64,000 nucleotides of DNA from Squalus acanthias. Taxonomy: Eukaryota. The notes below the pieces were generated by a model that saw nothing but the letters and a program-made list of their open reading frames with translations, ran no database searches and was not told the DNA's origin. The DNA lies in contig CM059435.1 in assembly GCA_030390025.1 (NCBI GenBank), positions 25,544,001 through 25,608,000 of the forward strand. The letters are read 5' to 3'. Positions within the stretch are counted from its first letter, which is position 1. The number at the start of each line of letters is the position of its first letter. This document shows, one piece after another, positions 38,940 through 51,807 of the stretch. The position numbers and the translations under genes are program-made.

Positions 38940-39259
38940 AGATACAGAGTAAAGCTTCCTCTACACTGTCCCATCAAACACTCCTAGGACAGGTAAAGCA
39001 CAGGTTAGATACAGAGTAAAGCTCCCTCTGCACTGCCCCGTCAAACACTCCCAGGGCAGGTACAGCACGGGTTAGATACAGAGTAAAGCTCCCTCTGCAC
39101 TGCCCCGTCAAACACTCCCAGGGCAGGTACAGCACAGGTTAGATACAGAGTAAAGCTCCTTCTACACTGTCCCATCAAACACTCCCAGGGCAGGTACAGC
39201 ACAGGTTAGATACAGAGTAAAGCTCCTTCTACACTGTCCCATCAAACACTCCCAGGGCA
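38940..39259. repeat. 67-bp tandem repeat, ~4.8 copies
   Basis: Unit AGATACAGAGTAAAGCTCC..CAAACACTCCCAGGGCAGGTACAGCAC(A/G)GGTT starts at 38940, 39007, 39074, 39141, 39208. Confidence 0.95.
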
Positions 39260-40146
39260 AACTACCCCCTGCCAAAGTTGAAAGTCCCAGCCAATGAGTA
39301 TTGCAGTTAAATGTGAAGTCATATGGGTACATCACGGTGTCAGTGAAATAGGAGATCATAATGTCCTTGCTGGCACTGAAACACCATCTAAGAGAGAAAA
39401 TGCTTTGAGAACAATAGACCAAACGATCACATTACTGCAGACTGATTCTTAATAGGAGTGTCAATTTGTAAGTTCCTTTAATGATGTTATTGCAGATCAA
39501 GACCTCAGGTCTCAGGAAGTCCTGGTACTGGCATTGTCAGGAGAGATGTACTTTTCAGGTTGGTTTAAAAACTGCAGGTACTCAGTAGACCAGAGGTGTC
39601 CAAACTGCAGACCATGGGCCACATATAGCCCCTGAGCTCTGGTACTCCAGCCCCTAAAGGCTAGGCAACTCATTCCTATTTGTACTTGTATTTCTGATTC
39701 GCTTGTTCATCAAATTTGGAAAGGGTTGTTCTCTCATTGGTGGATAAATTCTAAATCAGGACAATAAGATCCATTATTATCAGCAATTTGAGTAAATTAA
39801 TGGGAACAAGGAATTAAACTGCACGTGCCCCCCCGCCCCCCCGAGGCTCCGATATATGCACTTATGTAGCACTTGAAAGCCAAAAGCTTTGACACTCCTG
39901 CACTAGCGAATCAAACTCTATGTAAAAACTGGCAAAGGATGTGGAAACCAGAATCATGAAGTGGCTGGACAAAGGCATTTTAATATGATATGAGGGGAAT
40001 TTAATTTTAAATGACTGCAAAGAAATGGAGGGCAGGAAAAGATCAAAATTGAGACTGGGGGAAGGAAATAAGCAATGAAAATATTTGGAGGGTAGGTATG
40101 CAGACATTTGTCAGAGATAAACAGAGCCCGGCTGTTTGAACATTTT

Positions 40147-40462
40147 GGGGTAGAAATTGGTATGCATGGCACCTGTTTATCGGGCATAAAATGGGTGTAA
40201 AGCATACCAATTTAGCAGTGGGGCACCCTATCTGCGCAGGTGTTGGCCCCATTGCTATACTCATGAATCCCATTTTTTAAGCGTCCAAAACAGGCGTTAG
40301 GTCCTTGAATATGTGAATTAGGGGCCTGTGGAGGGGCGACCAGTGCTGACATTCACCCCAAATATGTTGATGAGGCCCGAGGATCCATCTCCATCGATCC
40401 TCGGGCCACTTGGTGTGGCCATGCACTGCTCATAAAAACGAGCTCAGATAATTTTTTACCCC
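40147..40462. mobile_element. Harbinger-type MITE
   Basis: Ends GGGGTAGAAATT / AATTTTTTACCCC; TTT on both flanks. Confidence 0.7.
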
Positions 40463-40559
40463 TTTGCCTGTTAGGGATGAGTACCAATGCAATTCCATTT
40501 GCGTTCTTATCACACAACAGTGAGCTGCTGTTCATTTCGCACTGCAATGTGTCTACACT

Positions 40560-40745
40560 GAAATAAAATGAGTACATACTGGAAATCGGAAATAAAAGCA
40601 GCTGAAAAGAGAAAAGACAGGTTAACATTTCAACCCAGTTCTGATAAAAAAGTCTGCACCCAAACTGCTAACCTGTCTTTTCGCACGCTGACAAACCTGC
40701 TATGTATTTCCAACTTTTTTATTTTTTATTTCCAATTTCCAGTTT
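40560..40745. mobile_element. Degenerate Penelope pseudo-LTR remnant (inverted plus direct pieces)
   Basis: ctggaaatcggaaataaaa / ttttatttccaatttccag arms; decayed ctgataa hammerhead-like core; resembles 14840-14960. Confidence 0.55.
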
Positions 40746-43714
40746 ATCTCTTTCTTTCTCACGTCTATGCTGATTTATCCCACTCAAAATTTCCCAACAC
40801 TGGTTGTGTAAACAAGATTACAACATTACTCCAGATTACAAAAATATTGGCAGGAACGGATAAAATTATAATTGTGCTTTTTGTTCTCAGACCACAAAGT
40901 GCCTTGACAAGAGCATGAAAAGTCAGGTAACAGTGAACCAATATAAGACTTCAAAACATTAAAGCATTGTTGCCAAAAAATAATGCTTGTCCCAAAAATA
41001 TGCTTTGAAAATCACAGTTTAAAGGTAAAAGCCATATAAGTTCTAGTTCAGTATCTTTACCTAATTGTAGTTGAAACAGCTTACTTGTTCAGAGATTAAG
41101 TTTCATGTTTTTTAATTTACTTCTGTGATTACAGTAATTGTTAGTTATGGTCTTAGGGGTATAAAACACCATAAAGGAAAAAAAATATAGCTGTACCCTG
41201 AAAGTGCATTAGAACACAGCACTTTAGAGAAGGAGCTGGCTTCAGTACAGTTGTGATGAATAATTCATGTTGTATTTTGAGTGCCTTCTGCTAAAATGGA
41301 TAAAAGTCTGGTAGCTGCGTTTAAGAATTTGAATAAATTAGAGATCTGAAAAAGGAACAGTATAAAAATAAGACTCAGAAATGAAATGCTGGTAGAAGGA
41401 AAACGGCTGTCTCAGTGGAAGCAGGATGAGACTAAAAACTTGAAAAGTAACATTACATGTAAAATACAGCATAGCGAGTGAAAGGCTACAGTGCAATCAT
41501 CACACACATGAAAACTGTTGAAATACTAGCTCAGTATAGCACCTCTGTATAAAGTGCTCTCACGCCAAACTCCATGGCAGAATGTGATTTGCATACAGAT
41601 GCCAAAATCTCTGGCTCAGTTAAAGTTAAGAGTTGCATGTGTGGCCACCTAAATCCCCTGTAGTACACGAGTGTGCTGACTCAGGATGTCCAGGTGGCTG
41701 GACAATGACCATTCATTTGGAGCCATTATTTTCCCTGGGGTTCCCCCTTGCTTGTAGTTGGTAATCCTAAAACCCAAGATGAACACATGGCGAGGCATTA
41801 TGTTTTGGTCTGTGCTGATTGCTCTGGATTTTAACGGGGGAGGGGGAGGGGATGGGATGGGAGGCGGTGGTTAGTAGGAAGGAATAATTGTCATTGGCTC
41901 ACAGGCTGACAGTCTTAATTCACTTTCTTCCATGACTGAAATTTAAAAGAATGCAATTTTTTCTCTGAAGTGTGCCACATTACTTTAGGACATCTGCTAA
42001 GCTGATTTATGGGGCTTAACTGCAAGACTATCAAACAGATTATGTGTCACTACAACTAATACAGCAGCAATTTCATTCTTTTATATGAAGCTGGCAGCAA
42101 AGTTTGGCTCTTTCTAAACACGGTGGTAATTTTCTGAAAATACAGTGCATTTACTCCATTAGGGAGCAGTAATTTATTTGCCTTTGCAGTGCTTGTTTCT
42201 TTTAGAAAATCAAATATTCATTAAAAAGGTAAACAAGCTATTCAAAGAAATACTTTCACTACACTTAATTGGAAAAAAAATTTAGTGGGGAAGAAGATTC
42301 GGTGGGCATACATCATGAAAAATTATGTATCTCTTTTATAAATAACTGTTGGATAAGATACTTTCTTTTTTCTTAAATTATACAGAAATGACTAAGCTGT
42401 TCAAGTGTACTGAGTATACATGTCACAGTTATACAGCAAGTGATAGTTTCTGCCCACGAAGAGCCATGTTAAACTCGTACTGTGCTTTATTATGTATGTT
42501 GTAAAGTGTTGATTTGAGTGGTACCCTTGACCAACTAAATTTTCTTAGTCTCTTTTGATTTATCATTGGACACAATCAGTAAATTGTGCTTATTTCATTT
42601 GTTTTTGTATTAATTGCTCCCTTTCACTGGCTGTCCTTAAATCCACAGTCTGGATCGTTTTGATATTCTATAGTGACAGCTGGTAATGGAAGCCCAGGCT
42701 TCTGTAGAAAGCCTATTAAGTATGCCGCTCACTCAGTGGCCTGTGGTCCGGGATACAGAGCTCCTCCCATAAGTGTGGCAGGCTTTTGTCATTGTAATTG
42801 GGCTCTGTTTGTAGAGTGCTGTCTGTATTTACTCTTTGCCAGGGCTCATATTTACACAGCCTGTTAGGGGGCTTGATGTCTCCCTGCCATGCCACAAATG
42901 CATGCAAATACTGCTACAATGCCTTTCGGCACTTCTGCTTTCTTGTAGGTCTGCTAAGTTACTCTGTCAAAGGGTACAGTATGTGTGCAGCAGGGGTAAA
43001 AGGCCTTGAGGGGTTGGGGAAGTTAATAGGTTAATGACCCTTAGACTTTGGGAATAATATTAAAGGTGTCTGGCGTTATGAGATTTTTTAAAAAGCTATC
43101 CAGCGACATTAGCTGGCCATACCTCTTTCACTGAGCTCATTCATTCAGGAAGCAGAAAGCACAGAGCTAGCAAATTTAATAAGCGCTGCATCCATTACAC
43201 ATTTAGCTTCTGCCATAGCAACAGAGTCAGGGCCATTCAATCTCCTGTGCTCAGCCATCATTATCTCCTGAGCCATCTGTTGTAGAGGAGTACAATTCCA
43301 TCTTATTTAAATGAAGTGAAGCTAGCATCTATTTAGCAGGACATATGTCACAGAAAACATGCAACTAGAAATATAGCTGCATAGATCTGACTTGTCCTTT
43401 CTTTCGAGATGTTTGTATGCTATTGTGGTGTATGTGACAGACTAAGAAGAAATTCAGGAGTAACTCTATTATGGTAAGGTGCTCATATTCTGACGTAAAG
43501 TGGGATGTAAAATGAATGTGTGGTGACTTTGCATTTAACTATGGTGTATGTCATATCCTGGGGAGCTGCCCTGTGAGCTCTTTGTAAACCTAAAATCAAC
43601 AAACAACAAAATAGGAGAAGGGAAGTTTTTTTACGTCTATGGTGGGGCTGAGTGTAGGTTTTTGTATTGTATTCATCTTGAATGACAATTGTGTTGTGTA
43701 CACAGCATTGCTGC

Positions 43715-43860
43715 AACAGGATTGGCTCTTGTGTGTTGCATTGAATTTTAATTATGTGCAAAATTGGCTGTGATTGGTGCAGCTGTCAGGCAGCGCTGCC
43801 CCATTCAACTGATAAGTTGTATGCACTTGGCAGTAACTTTCCAGGAATGATACTCACTTC
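43715..43860. promoter_or_regulatory. Candidate promoter or enhancer upstream of MYT1
   Basis: Three ATTGG (CCAAT) boxes at 43721, 43763, 43773; CAGCTG 43780 overlapping TGTCA; lies in a long TE-poor stretch. Confidence 0.35.
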
Positions 43861-45423
43861 TGTACTGTTCTTCCAGATATACAGAGACTAGCAAGAATGA
43901 AGCTGTGTGGAACATTTCTTGGTTTGTACAAAACATAACTCATTTACTTTCCTTACAGCCGTTCCTCTTATAACAGAGATGACAATTCAGGGCATTGGAC
44001 AAGCTGTGGAGATTTAAAATAAGCAATTGTTCAGTGTATCATTTGTACTTATTTAATTGTGGATTTTTTTGCAATTGCTAAGTGGAGTAATCCTAGTTTA
44101 TTTTATACTGTTCTGTGCAAAATGAAATACGTACTTTTGATCTGTTCATTGCATTATTTTATAGTCTCTGAATGATATTTTCCTGATACTTTTTTTTGTC
44201 TATACTTTTTTGAGTGTAGTTTGGAGTATATTAGTTTACACTGCAAGGTATTAGATTCTGTAATCTTGTGCAGTGGGGACATGCAAAATTCAGTTCAAAC
44301 TTTAGTTTCTTTAAAACTAATCTTTGTACTGAAAAAGAAAAGGGATATAATATTGTTCTAGGACTTCAGACAAAGAAGTTTTGTCTCCTCAGTGATTCTG
44401 ATATGCCCCTGACAGGGATCATTAAGACAATGTTAGCCTGAAGGCTTATTAAAAGTTTCTGTATGCTGCTTCCATCTGCCAGGGTCTGCCACGGGCAGGT
44501 TTCACTCCAAATGCTCAGCTGTTACGTATACAATATTAATGCTGACCAGTTTCATCCAGCATACAACAGGACTAATTGTAGTCTGGTGAATTAGGGTTGC
44601 CCATCTGCATAGGTTCAAAATCTGTTGTAAGACTAACAAGAAAAATGAATTCAGTTCCAGCTGGTAATTGAAGGAGCTACCTTAATTGACTATACAAAAA
44701 GTTTAACTCGGAACTTGTTCAGAGTAAAAGTTCCATTTAGCAGTCACAGAACTGAAAATAGTTCAGCAGTAAGCGGATTCATTTTCGTACCGATATTTTC
44801 AATAAAATATTTTTAACACCATTGATAGAATAACTTTGTTTTTCTAGATGTATAATCTCTTATACAATTAATATTATAACATTGCGTAAAAGTTTTATTG
44901 TTTGGATACTTTACCATGAAAAAAGTTGGGGAAAGCCAGTTTGAAAGATAGAAAATTAGTGAAAGTTGGTCAGAAGAGCGCAGTAATTTTACTTTCCAAG
45001 ACATGAGTACAACTCCACTTCTGAACTATTGACTTAAAACATATAAGCCTAAAAATTACCACTGGTGAAGTTATAGTGTGAATGCTTAAAATACTCATAT
45101 CAAATTGCTCTCTCTGCTATTTTAATAGAAGTATTAATACATTTATTGTAAATATTATTTGTTTACTTACAAGTATTGATTTAATTGTACAATACTTAAG
45201 TAAACAAATAAAAACTCAGGTAACTTGAGTTTTTGAAAAGTTTGGAATTGCATAGCAGCTTTTCAACAAATCTTCATAAAGTACTGTATTTTCACGATAA
45301 CTCTTCAATAATTGATGGATATTAATATTTATGCTTTCTCTTTGGTAATATTAAGAAATGCTCTGAAATTGAAGTCATGTTTACAGTAGCAAATTGAGCT
45401 TTGTGCAGGAAGTAGAAATCCCT

Positions 45424-45503
45424 GGAGCTGACTAAAGTGCTGAACCATGTCTTTGTCCTGCACTGATCATTCAGAGACTGAAAGGAGCTGTCCAAGGTGT
45501 CTG
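45424..45503 (-). promoter_or_regulatory. Two tandem degenerate RE1/NRSE (REST)-like sites
   Basis: Minus strand TTCAGCACTTTAGTCAGCTCC (45424-45444) and CAGACACCTTGGACAGCTCC (45484-45503) versus consensus TTCAGCACCnnGGACAGCkCC. Confidence 0.4.
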
Positions 45504-46629
45504 TCTTGTAGAAATTCCCTCCTAGCGATCCTTGTTTTTTTAAACATAACCAGAACCAAATCTCTAGTTGAGTAGATACATTCTTAAGGTTTACTGATTG
45601 TGTTGTAATTATTTTCATTTAAATTCATGACTCACTTCAGATTCCTTCCTAAATATGATTTTGTATGGAATTGTGCATTGTCTCTCTGTGCTGTTGTTCC
45701 AACAGTTGTTTGTGTAATTGCAGTCAGTTGTGTTAATGTTAGTTAAAAGTATATTGTAGGAAAGTTTTCATGCATCTAGAGGTGTCCTTTGGTTGAGGCT
45801 TGCTTCTGTGCTTAATGCTCTGTGGCCTCTGCTAGGTTGTTTGTTTCTTTGTTATTCTTTTAAAAATGGCATGATACAGCTGATCCACACCAGACACTGC
45901 TGATTGATTTCAGCCATAATGCATAACAAAAGAAGTGCAATGTATAATACTGCCTGGTGCTTTGAGATAAGAATTTAATAGAATTTTGGCAAGAGGAGAT
46001 TGGCTTGTAGAAGCTTACTATATGCACAACCTGGTAAAGTGAGATAGAAAATGGCATTTGAATGCAAATCTCAAATGATCTTAATGAATGGCTGCTGTCC
46101 TTTGCCTCTAATAAGGTTTGAAGCCAACAAAGGAAGTAGCTTTGATAACCTAGGGCATCTGTCATATCCTGGGCCGCTTACAGTGTTTCTAATAGGAATC
46201 CTAGGACTCTACCACAAGTATGGTTAGAGGAGGGAGGTTGACAGTTGTGACATTAACAACCTTTTAGTTCAAAGCATAAATTGAAGTAAGTAATCTTACC
46301 CATTAAATTTTAATCAGATTGGATGCATTAACCAGCAGTGTGTAGTGGATTTTTTTTACACAGTAGGTACAAGGATATTTGAAACTATAGTTCTGAGATG
46401 TTTAAATTTCAAGGACCACCTATTAGATAGTATACAGTAAATTCATTTCTCCTCATAGAGTAAACAGATATATTGCAACCCCAAGGGTTTATGGGTAGTG
46501 TATTTACACAGAAAATGCATCAAGCCTTCTCTGCCATCTAACTAATGAGACTGGTCATTAAGTAAATGACACACAGCCTTTAGCAGGCTTATACAACACA
46601 CTGGAGTATCAAATATTTAATTCAACCAC

Positions 46630-46741
46630 CACATGTCTCTTGCTCCGTTGTGGACTGCCGTGGCCCAGCCCCTGCTGTAGCTTTCATTATTGCTTTCCGT
46701 GATGTCATTTCACCGAGGTGGACAATAGCTGTGGGGAAAAG
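46630..46741 (+). other. MYT1: Putative MYT1 5'-leader (non-coding) exon; 5' boundary uncertain
   Basis: Consensus donor AAG|GTAAGT at 46741/46742; core gctttccgtgatgtcatttcaccgaggtggac resembles my unverified recollection of the vertebrate MYT1 5' UTR. Confidence 0.5.
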
Positions 46742-48914
46742 GTAAGTCAATATTAATGTTCTCCTACTGACAAAGGAAGACAAAGCTTGTGTTCTTGCCC
46801 TCTGTTGAAGTCTGATAAATATTACTGAAACTGCTTGTCCAGCCTTGTTGGGAGAAACAATTTGTTTAACTGGGACAGCTTGGAGAGAGCTTAATTTACA
46901 GCTACATCCAGTATATTGTTGGATCTGTTCTCTTCTGTTCTCTGAGCTATGTACGGACACAGCTGATCTGTTTGTCAATAGAAGCCACTTCAGGTTGAAT
47001 TTACATCACTTTAGCTGTATCTCGTGAACCTCCTTTTCCTCATCTGCTTCCATTATCATCATCTTCCATATGGTCATTTTGATTTTGGAAACAATGACCA
47101 ACTCATACTAATTCCAGAATTACCCTTTCGACGAAGTTGATCTGTGCACTCTCAAGTAAAAAAGGATTCTGGTGCCGCTCTGATATGTCAGCTGTTTGTT
47201 TTGTTTGAACTATCAGGCTCTTGATGGTACAAAAACTATGTAGCATGGTGATAAGTTACATAGGTGCTGAATCAAAGGTGACTTTTTGATGTTCTTTCTG
47301 TAGAGGACTTTTGCATTTGATAAATCAGATCTACCAATGAGACAATTTTTGAAAGAGAAACAGAGTAGCCAGGATCTTAGATAACCCTTTGGTTCCAGTG
47401 TTGGATTTACTCCTTGTTTCCCTGTGTTCTCTGCTTTGGGCCCCTGCTCTTGGAAAACTCGTTCTGTGCAATTTAGGCAGGAAAGTAAGGTCTGTTCAAA
47501 TAAGGATTCATGAAAAGATCTGAGTTTCTATTGTAGTATTTCAAAAGAAAAACTCCTTGGGAATTAGGCTTGAATTTAGAAAAATCTTGAAGCAATCACA
47601 CAAAAATGTAATTTAGTTGATATACATTTCCTGCTTCATAATATTGCATAAATTAACACATTTATTAATAAAATGTAATATAATTTATTACAAGTTTTAG
47701 TTAACTACTCCGATTTTATTTTGATACCTTAAAGTTCCACTTTTCACATGAACTTTAAACAATGTTTCATACACTCCGATAAACTGCAATCACATATTCT
47801 CTCAACGATGCAATACAAAATCATTAATTTCACCGAAAAAAATCATGATTTAAGTTGTAAGTCCCATTAATTTACTGTTTATTAACAAAGTGCAAATTTC
47901 TATCTAAGTGCTATCGTGATTTGTTCTAGTGTTTGAAAAGCAAAGACTACTTTTATGTGGAAGTCTTGCTCAATGTGAAGTGGCTTGAATACTTCCCATC
48001 TCCTAGTTGTTTTGCATTTTAGTTCAAAGCCATTTGGCAGAATGTTTACAATGCCGACAGATAATTTGGTGGTAGGCGTTCTCCGAGACTTGCTTTGCAC
48101 AGATTTGTTTGCATGATTTGTGGGAAAGTGCTGATTTCTATCATTGATTACACAGTGACAGGAACAGGTGACTTGCTAATAAAGACCTGGAAAAAAAGCA
48201 ATTAGCTGTGAGAAAAGAACAGCTGTTTCAAGCAGCTCCTTGCTTTCCAGAGAACATGGTCAATAATCGGTGAAAAAAATACTTAACCTAGAGAAACAAA
48301 TCCTCTCGGTGCAGCAGAGAGAAGGGAGCCCTTTATTCCCTCTCAACCGCCTGTGCATTTGTTATATTAAAATCAAAGAAATTGTTTCCTAAAACCACTT
48401 AATTTGTAAATTTGTTTTTAGGGATTTTGGTATGCTCTTTATTGGGCTGCATGATTAGAAAATCCTTCTTAAAATGGTTATTATACAAAAGGGATGATTC
48501 ACTAACAGTGGTGTACAAGTCCTGCAACTGCTTTACACCATATACAACAACGAGAAAATAACAGTGTAAAGAAGTTTTATCATAGCTGTTTGAGTATTAT
48601 TAAAGATGAGATCCTTCAGTTCTAATTTGAAATACTAATTACACTGTAACTGTTTAAAAAAATTCGAATATAGGATGAGATGTAAAACATGTGTTGTACT
48701 GTATATCTCCTGCAAGCTGTAAAGGAGCCATTTACATTTGCAAGAAAGGAATCACGTGGTTTCTGTAAGTGTAGTCAGCAGGAAGCCTTTGTTTAACCTC
48801 ACCACACTTGTCACATTTCAAATTGAAATCTACAGAACATGAGAAGAGTCACAAAGGATTCATTTCTAAATGTGTATGCAATTGGTCATTTATTTTTAAT
48901 TTGATCAAGTGATT

Positions 48915-49005
48915 TGTATATAAATGTTACTATGTTCAGCTAGTAAAAGTTTTTTATATATATATTAAAACTTCAACTAGCTGAACATTGTAACTTTTAT
49001 ATACA
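48915..49005. repeat. AT-rich imperfect palindrome
   Basis: 30-bp arms TGTATATAAATGTTACTATGTTCAGCTAGT / ACTAGCTGAACATTGTAACTTTTATATACA (28 of 30 pair) around a (TA)n centre. Confidence 0.85.
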
Positions 49006-51370
49006 TATATACACATACATTATGCACACAGGGTAAATGTGACAACCTGGGGAACTTCTATTACTACTTTGTGTGTCTGTCATGTAGCTATCTAAGAAGC
49101 TTGATTTTATAGTTTTTGTGCATGTTACATGAAGTATACATTAATACTGATCAGAGCAAGCAAACTAGAACGGTTTGAACACCGTTTATCTCAGTTAGAC
49201 TGTGCAACCAACTTAAGCTGCCTTAAATCTTGGCAGTGTTGATTGGTCTCAGGGTTAATACTGTATACATTCTACTTAATGTCACAGCATTTTAAATAAA
49301 ATCAAACTGTAATATTTCCTGCTTAATAGCCCATGGCAGGGTTCTCAAAGTCATAGTTCCAAAATTTAGCCAAAACCATCCAAAAGCAGAAACTAATTGT
49401 TCGTGGTTTATTGCACTGACATCTAAAGTCTTCCAATTTGTCAGAGTCAACTTGCTGATGTTGGCTGCTGACAGTGTAAAGTAGTGACTGTGAAGGATAA
49501 TAGCAAGTAGACAACTTAGAAGAAAAACAAGGTAAAAAGATAAGCTACTGTTACTTTATTTACATATATGTATGTGGTATAATTTACCCATATCTAATCT
49601 CCAATGACCAATCGTTAGACAAGAAAGCTGTATAGCATGCAGTTGTGTGTTCCATTGTGTATGCACTTTAGCTATGAGTGTGGTATAATGCACTGTGGTA
49701 TAGTGCATTGTTTGAGCTGAAGGTTCAGTAAGTATCTGCTTTAGCTCAGTTCACATGTCTATATCCCTAAATTCCCAAAATGTAAATCAATATGCGCAAA
49801 ACCATGTTGCACAATGGGAGGACTGTATGCATGGATATAACCATTCCCAGTACTGAACTAGACTCCAAAATGGTCAATAGCTGTTTATTATTGCAGTGTA
49901 TATAACTTATTATACTTAAAATGCAACTCAAACGCAGAGTAGACCTAACATACATAGTGCCATGTATTTTAAAGCTTCTAATTAATATGGATTTAGTAAG
50001 GTACAAATCAAAAGCACTTTTTACATCTCTGTGCTGCAAGTTTTACAAAAACCTGCCTTACCTTTGCGCTGCAAAATCAGAGAGTAAATTGTATTATTAA
50101 TAAGGGTAAGGATTCAACAATTGTACATTGTTAACATGAAGTTTAAGATCTTGAGTTAAATGCTCAAAAAATCGATAAACCAAAGCTTGTTTAATTTCTG
50201 TTGGTGCTCACATCTGTGGAGATGGTAGTTATCAGCTGTGCCCTATTCCTTCCTTGTTTTCTGGGAAAAGGAACAGATGGGGTTGCAGCCAAGATTGCTG
50301 CTGCACCCAGGAAATTAACCATATGCAGTGCATAAGTAGTGATTTCTGGAAAAGTGCTTTACCCTGGAGAGGAAAGAACAAAAAAAGTTTGTGGAGATTT
50401 TCACATGGGAAAATAAGTGAAGAAAAAGAATAATCTGATTATTTATACACACAACACAGCCCATTGATTATACATGAAATGGAGGAGATTGTAGAGTTCC
50501 ATGTTTAGCAGGTCATATACTGATAGTATAATAGTTTTATGAAAATAAATAATACTATGTTTGCTTTTCCAACAAATTAGATTACTTCTGGGTAAATGTC
50601 ATGTATTTATACTGAGCAATCCATAAGCACAACTGATTGTTTTTAAGACATATCAGTTAACAGATTCTGGATATAGAATTTCAATCAGTTAAATGAAAAA
50701 TGACTGTTGAGGTAATTGCAAAAATTTAAGAACGGGAAAAGCATTTATATTTTTGCTAGTTACCAGCATCCACTGATCTATAGGTTACATGGCAAAATGA
50801 ACTGAATCGAGTATTAAAAAAAGTATAAAAATAAACCCTGAAAATTGTTTAATCCCATGTAAGAAAAATAGAATTGATTTTTTTAATCAGCATAAACCAT
50901 GGAGCTAAATTATAAATGAATGGAATCATGGGATGTGATCCCAAAACACTGATATATGACACAGAATAAAAAATTTGATGTCACTGAATAGAATAGTGGT
51001 CCTGGGTATCAACAAAGAATGACAAAAAACAAACTAGCCTTCTAAAGTAGAGTAGAAAAACATGTTCATTTTTCTATGCAAGAAAACTTTGGTGCGCCAT
51101 TAAATTCTCCAGTTACTGTCGACCTGTCAAGTCTCACTTTTTTCCTAGTGAGAGTAACACTTTTTAAATTAGGAAATCAGTAACTTGTTTTGAAGTTTCA
51201 TCGTAAAGAAACAGCTTCACTCATTTCAAACAAGCTTGAATGTCAGTCTGGGCTGAGATTTGAACTAGCAGTATCTAGGTAGGAGTGCAGTGCAGCTATC
51301 AGGTGACCTCTCAGCTTAACTGTCTCAAACAAAAAGCAAGCTTGAGTCCTGTATCAGTTACTTTAGAACT

Positions 51371-51807
51371 AAAGAAAGAAAGACTTACATTTATATAGCG
51401 CCTTTCACGACCACCGGACATCCCAAAGCACTTTAGAGCCAATGAAGTACTTTTTGAAGTGTAGTCACTGTTGTAATGTAGGAAACGCGGCAGCCAATTT
51501 GCGCACAGCAAGCTCCCACAAACAGCAATGTGATAATGACCAGATTTTCTGGTTTTTAGTGATGCTCATTGAGGGGTAAATATTGGCTAGGACACCGGGG
51601 ATAACTCCCCTAATCTTCTTCTTCAAGATAGTGCCATAGGATCTTTTACGTCCACCTGAGAGAGCAGATGGGGGCTCGGTTTAATGTCTCATCTGAAAGA
51701 CGGCACCACTGACCCTGTCAGCCTAGGTTTTGTGCTCAAGTCCGTGGAGTGGGACTGCGAACCCACAACCTTCTGACTCAGAGGCGAAGGTGCTACCAAC
51801 TGAGCCA
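51371..51807 (-). mobile_element. Near full-length DeuSINE (SacSINE1-like)
   Basis: tRNA-derived head TGGCTCAGTTGGTAGC..GGTTCG, Deu domain (tttcagatgagacattaaaccgag..aaagatcctatggcactat), tail aaaggcgctatataaatgtaagt(cttt)n. Confidence 0.9.

Noticed and set aside
38940-39259. CRISPR-like array or hammerhead satellite
   Set aside because: Units are contiguous with no unique spacers, there are no cas genes, the context is eukaryotic, and no CUGANGA/GAAA core was found on either strand
43877-43958. Two consecutive small UTR exons
   Set aside because: The implied intron would be only ~37 nt with a weak donor (gtttgt); at most these are alternative acceptors, unsupported without transcripts
51740-51807. 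tRNA gene
   Set aside because: It is the tRNA-derived head of a DeuSINE and continues directly into the Deu domain and LINE-type tail
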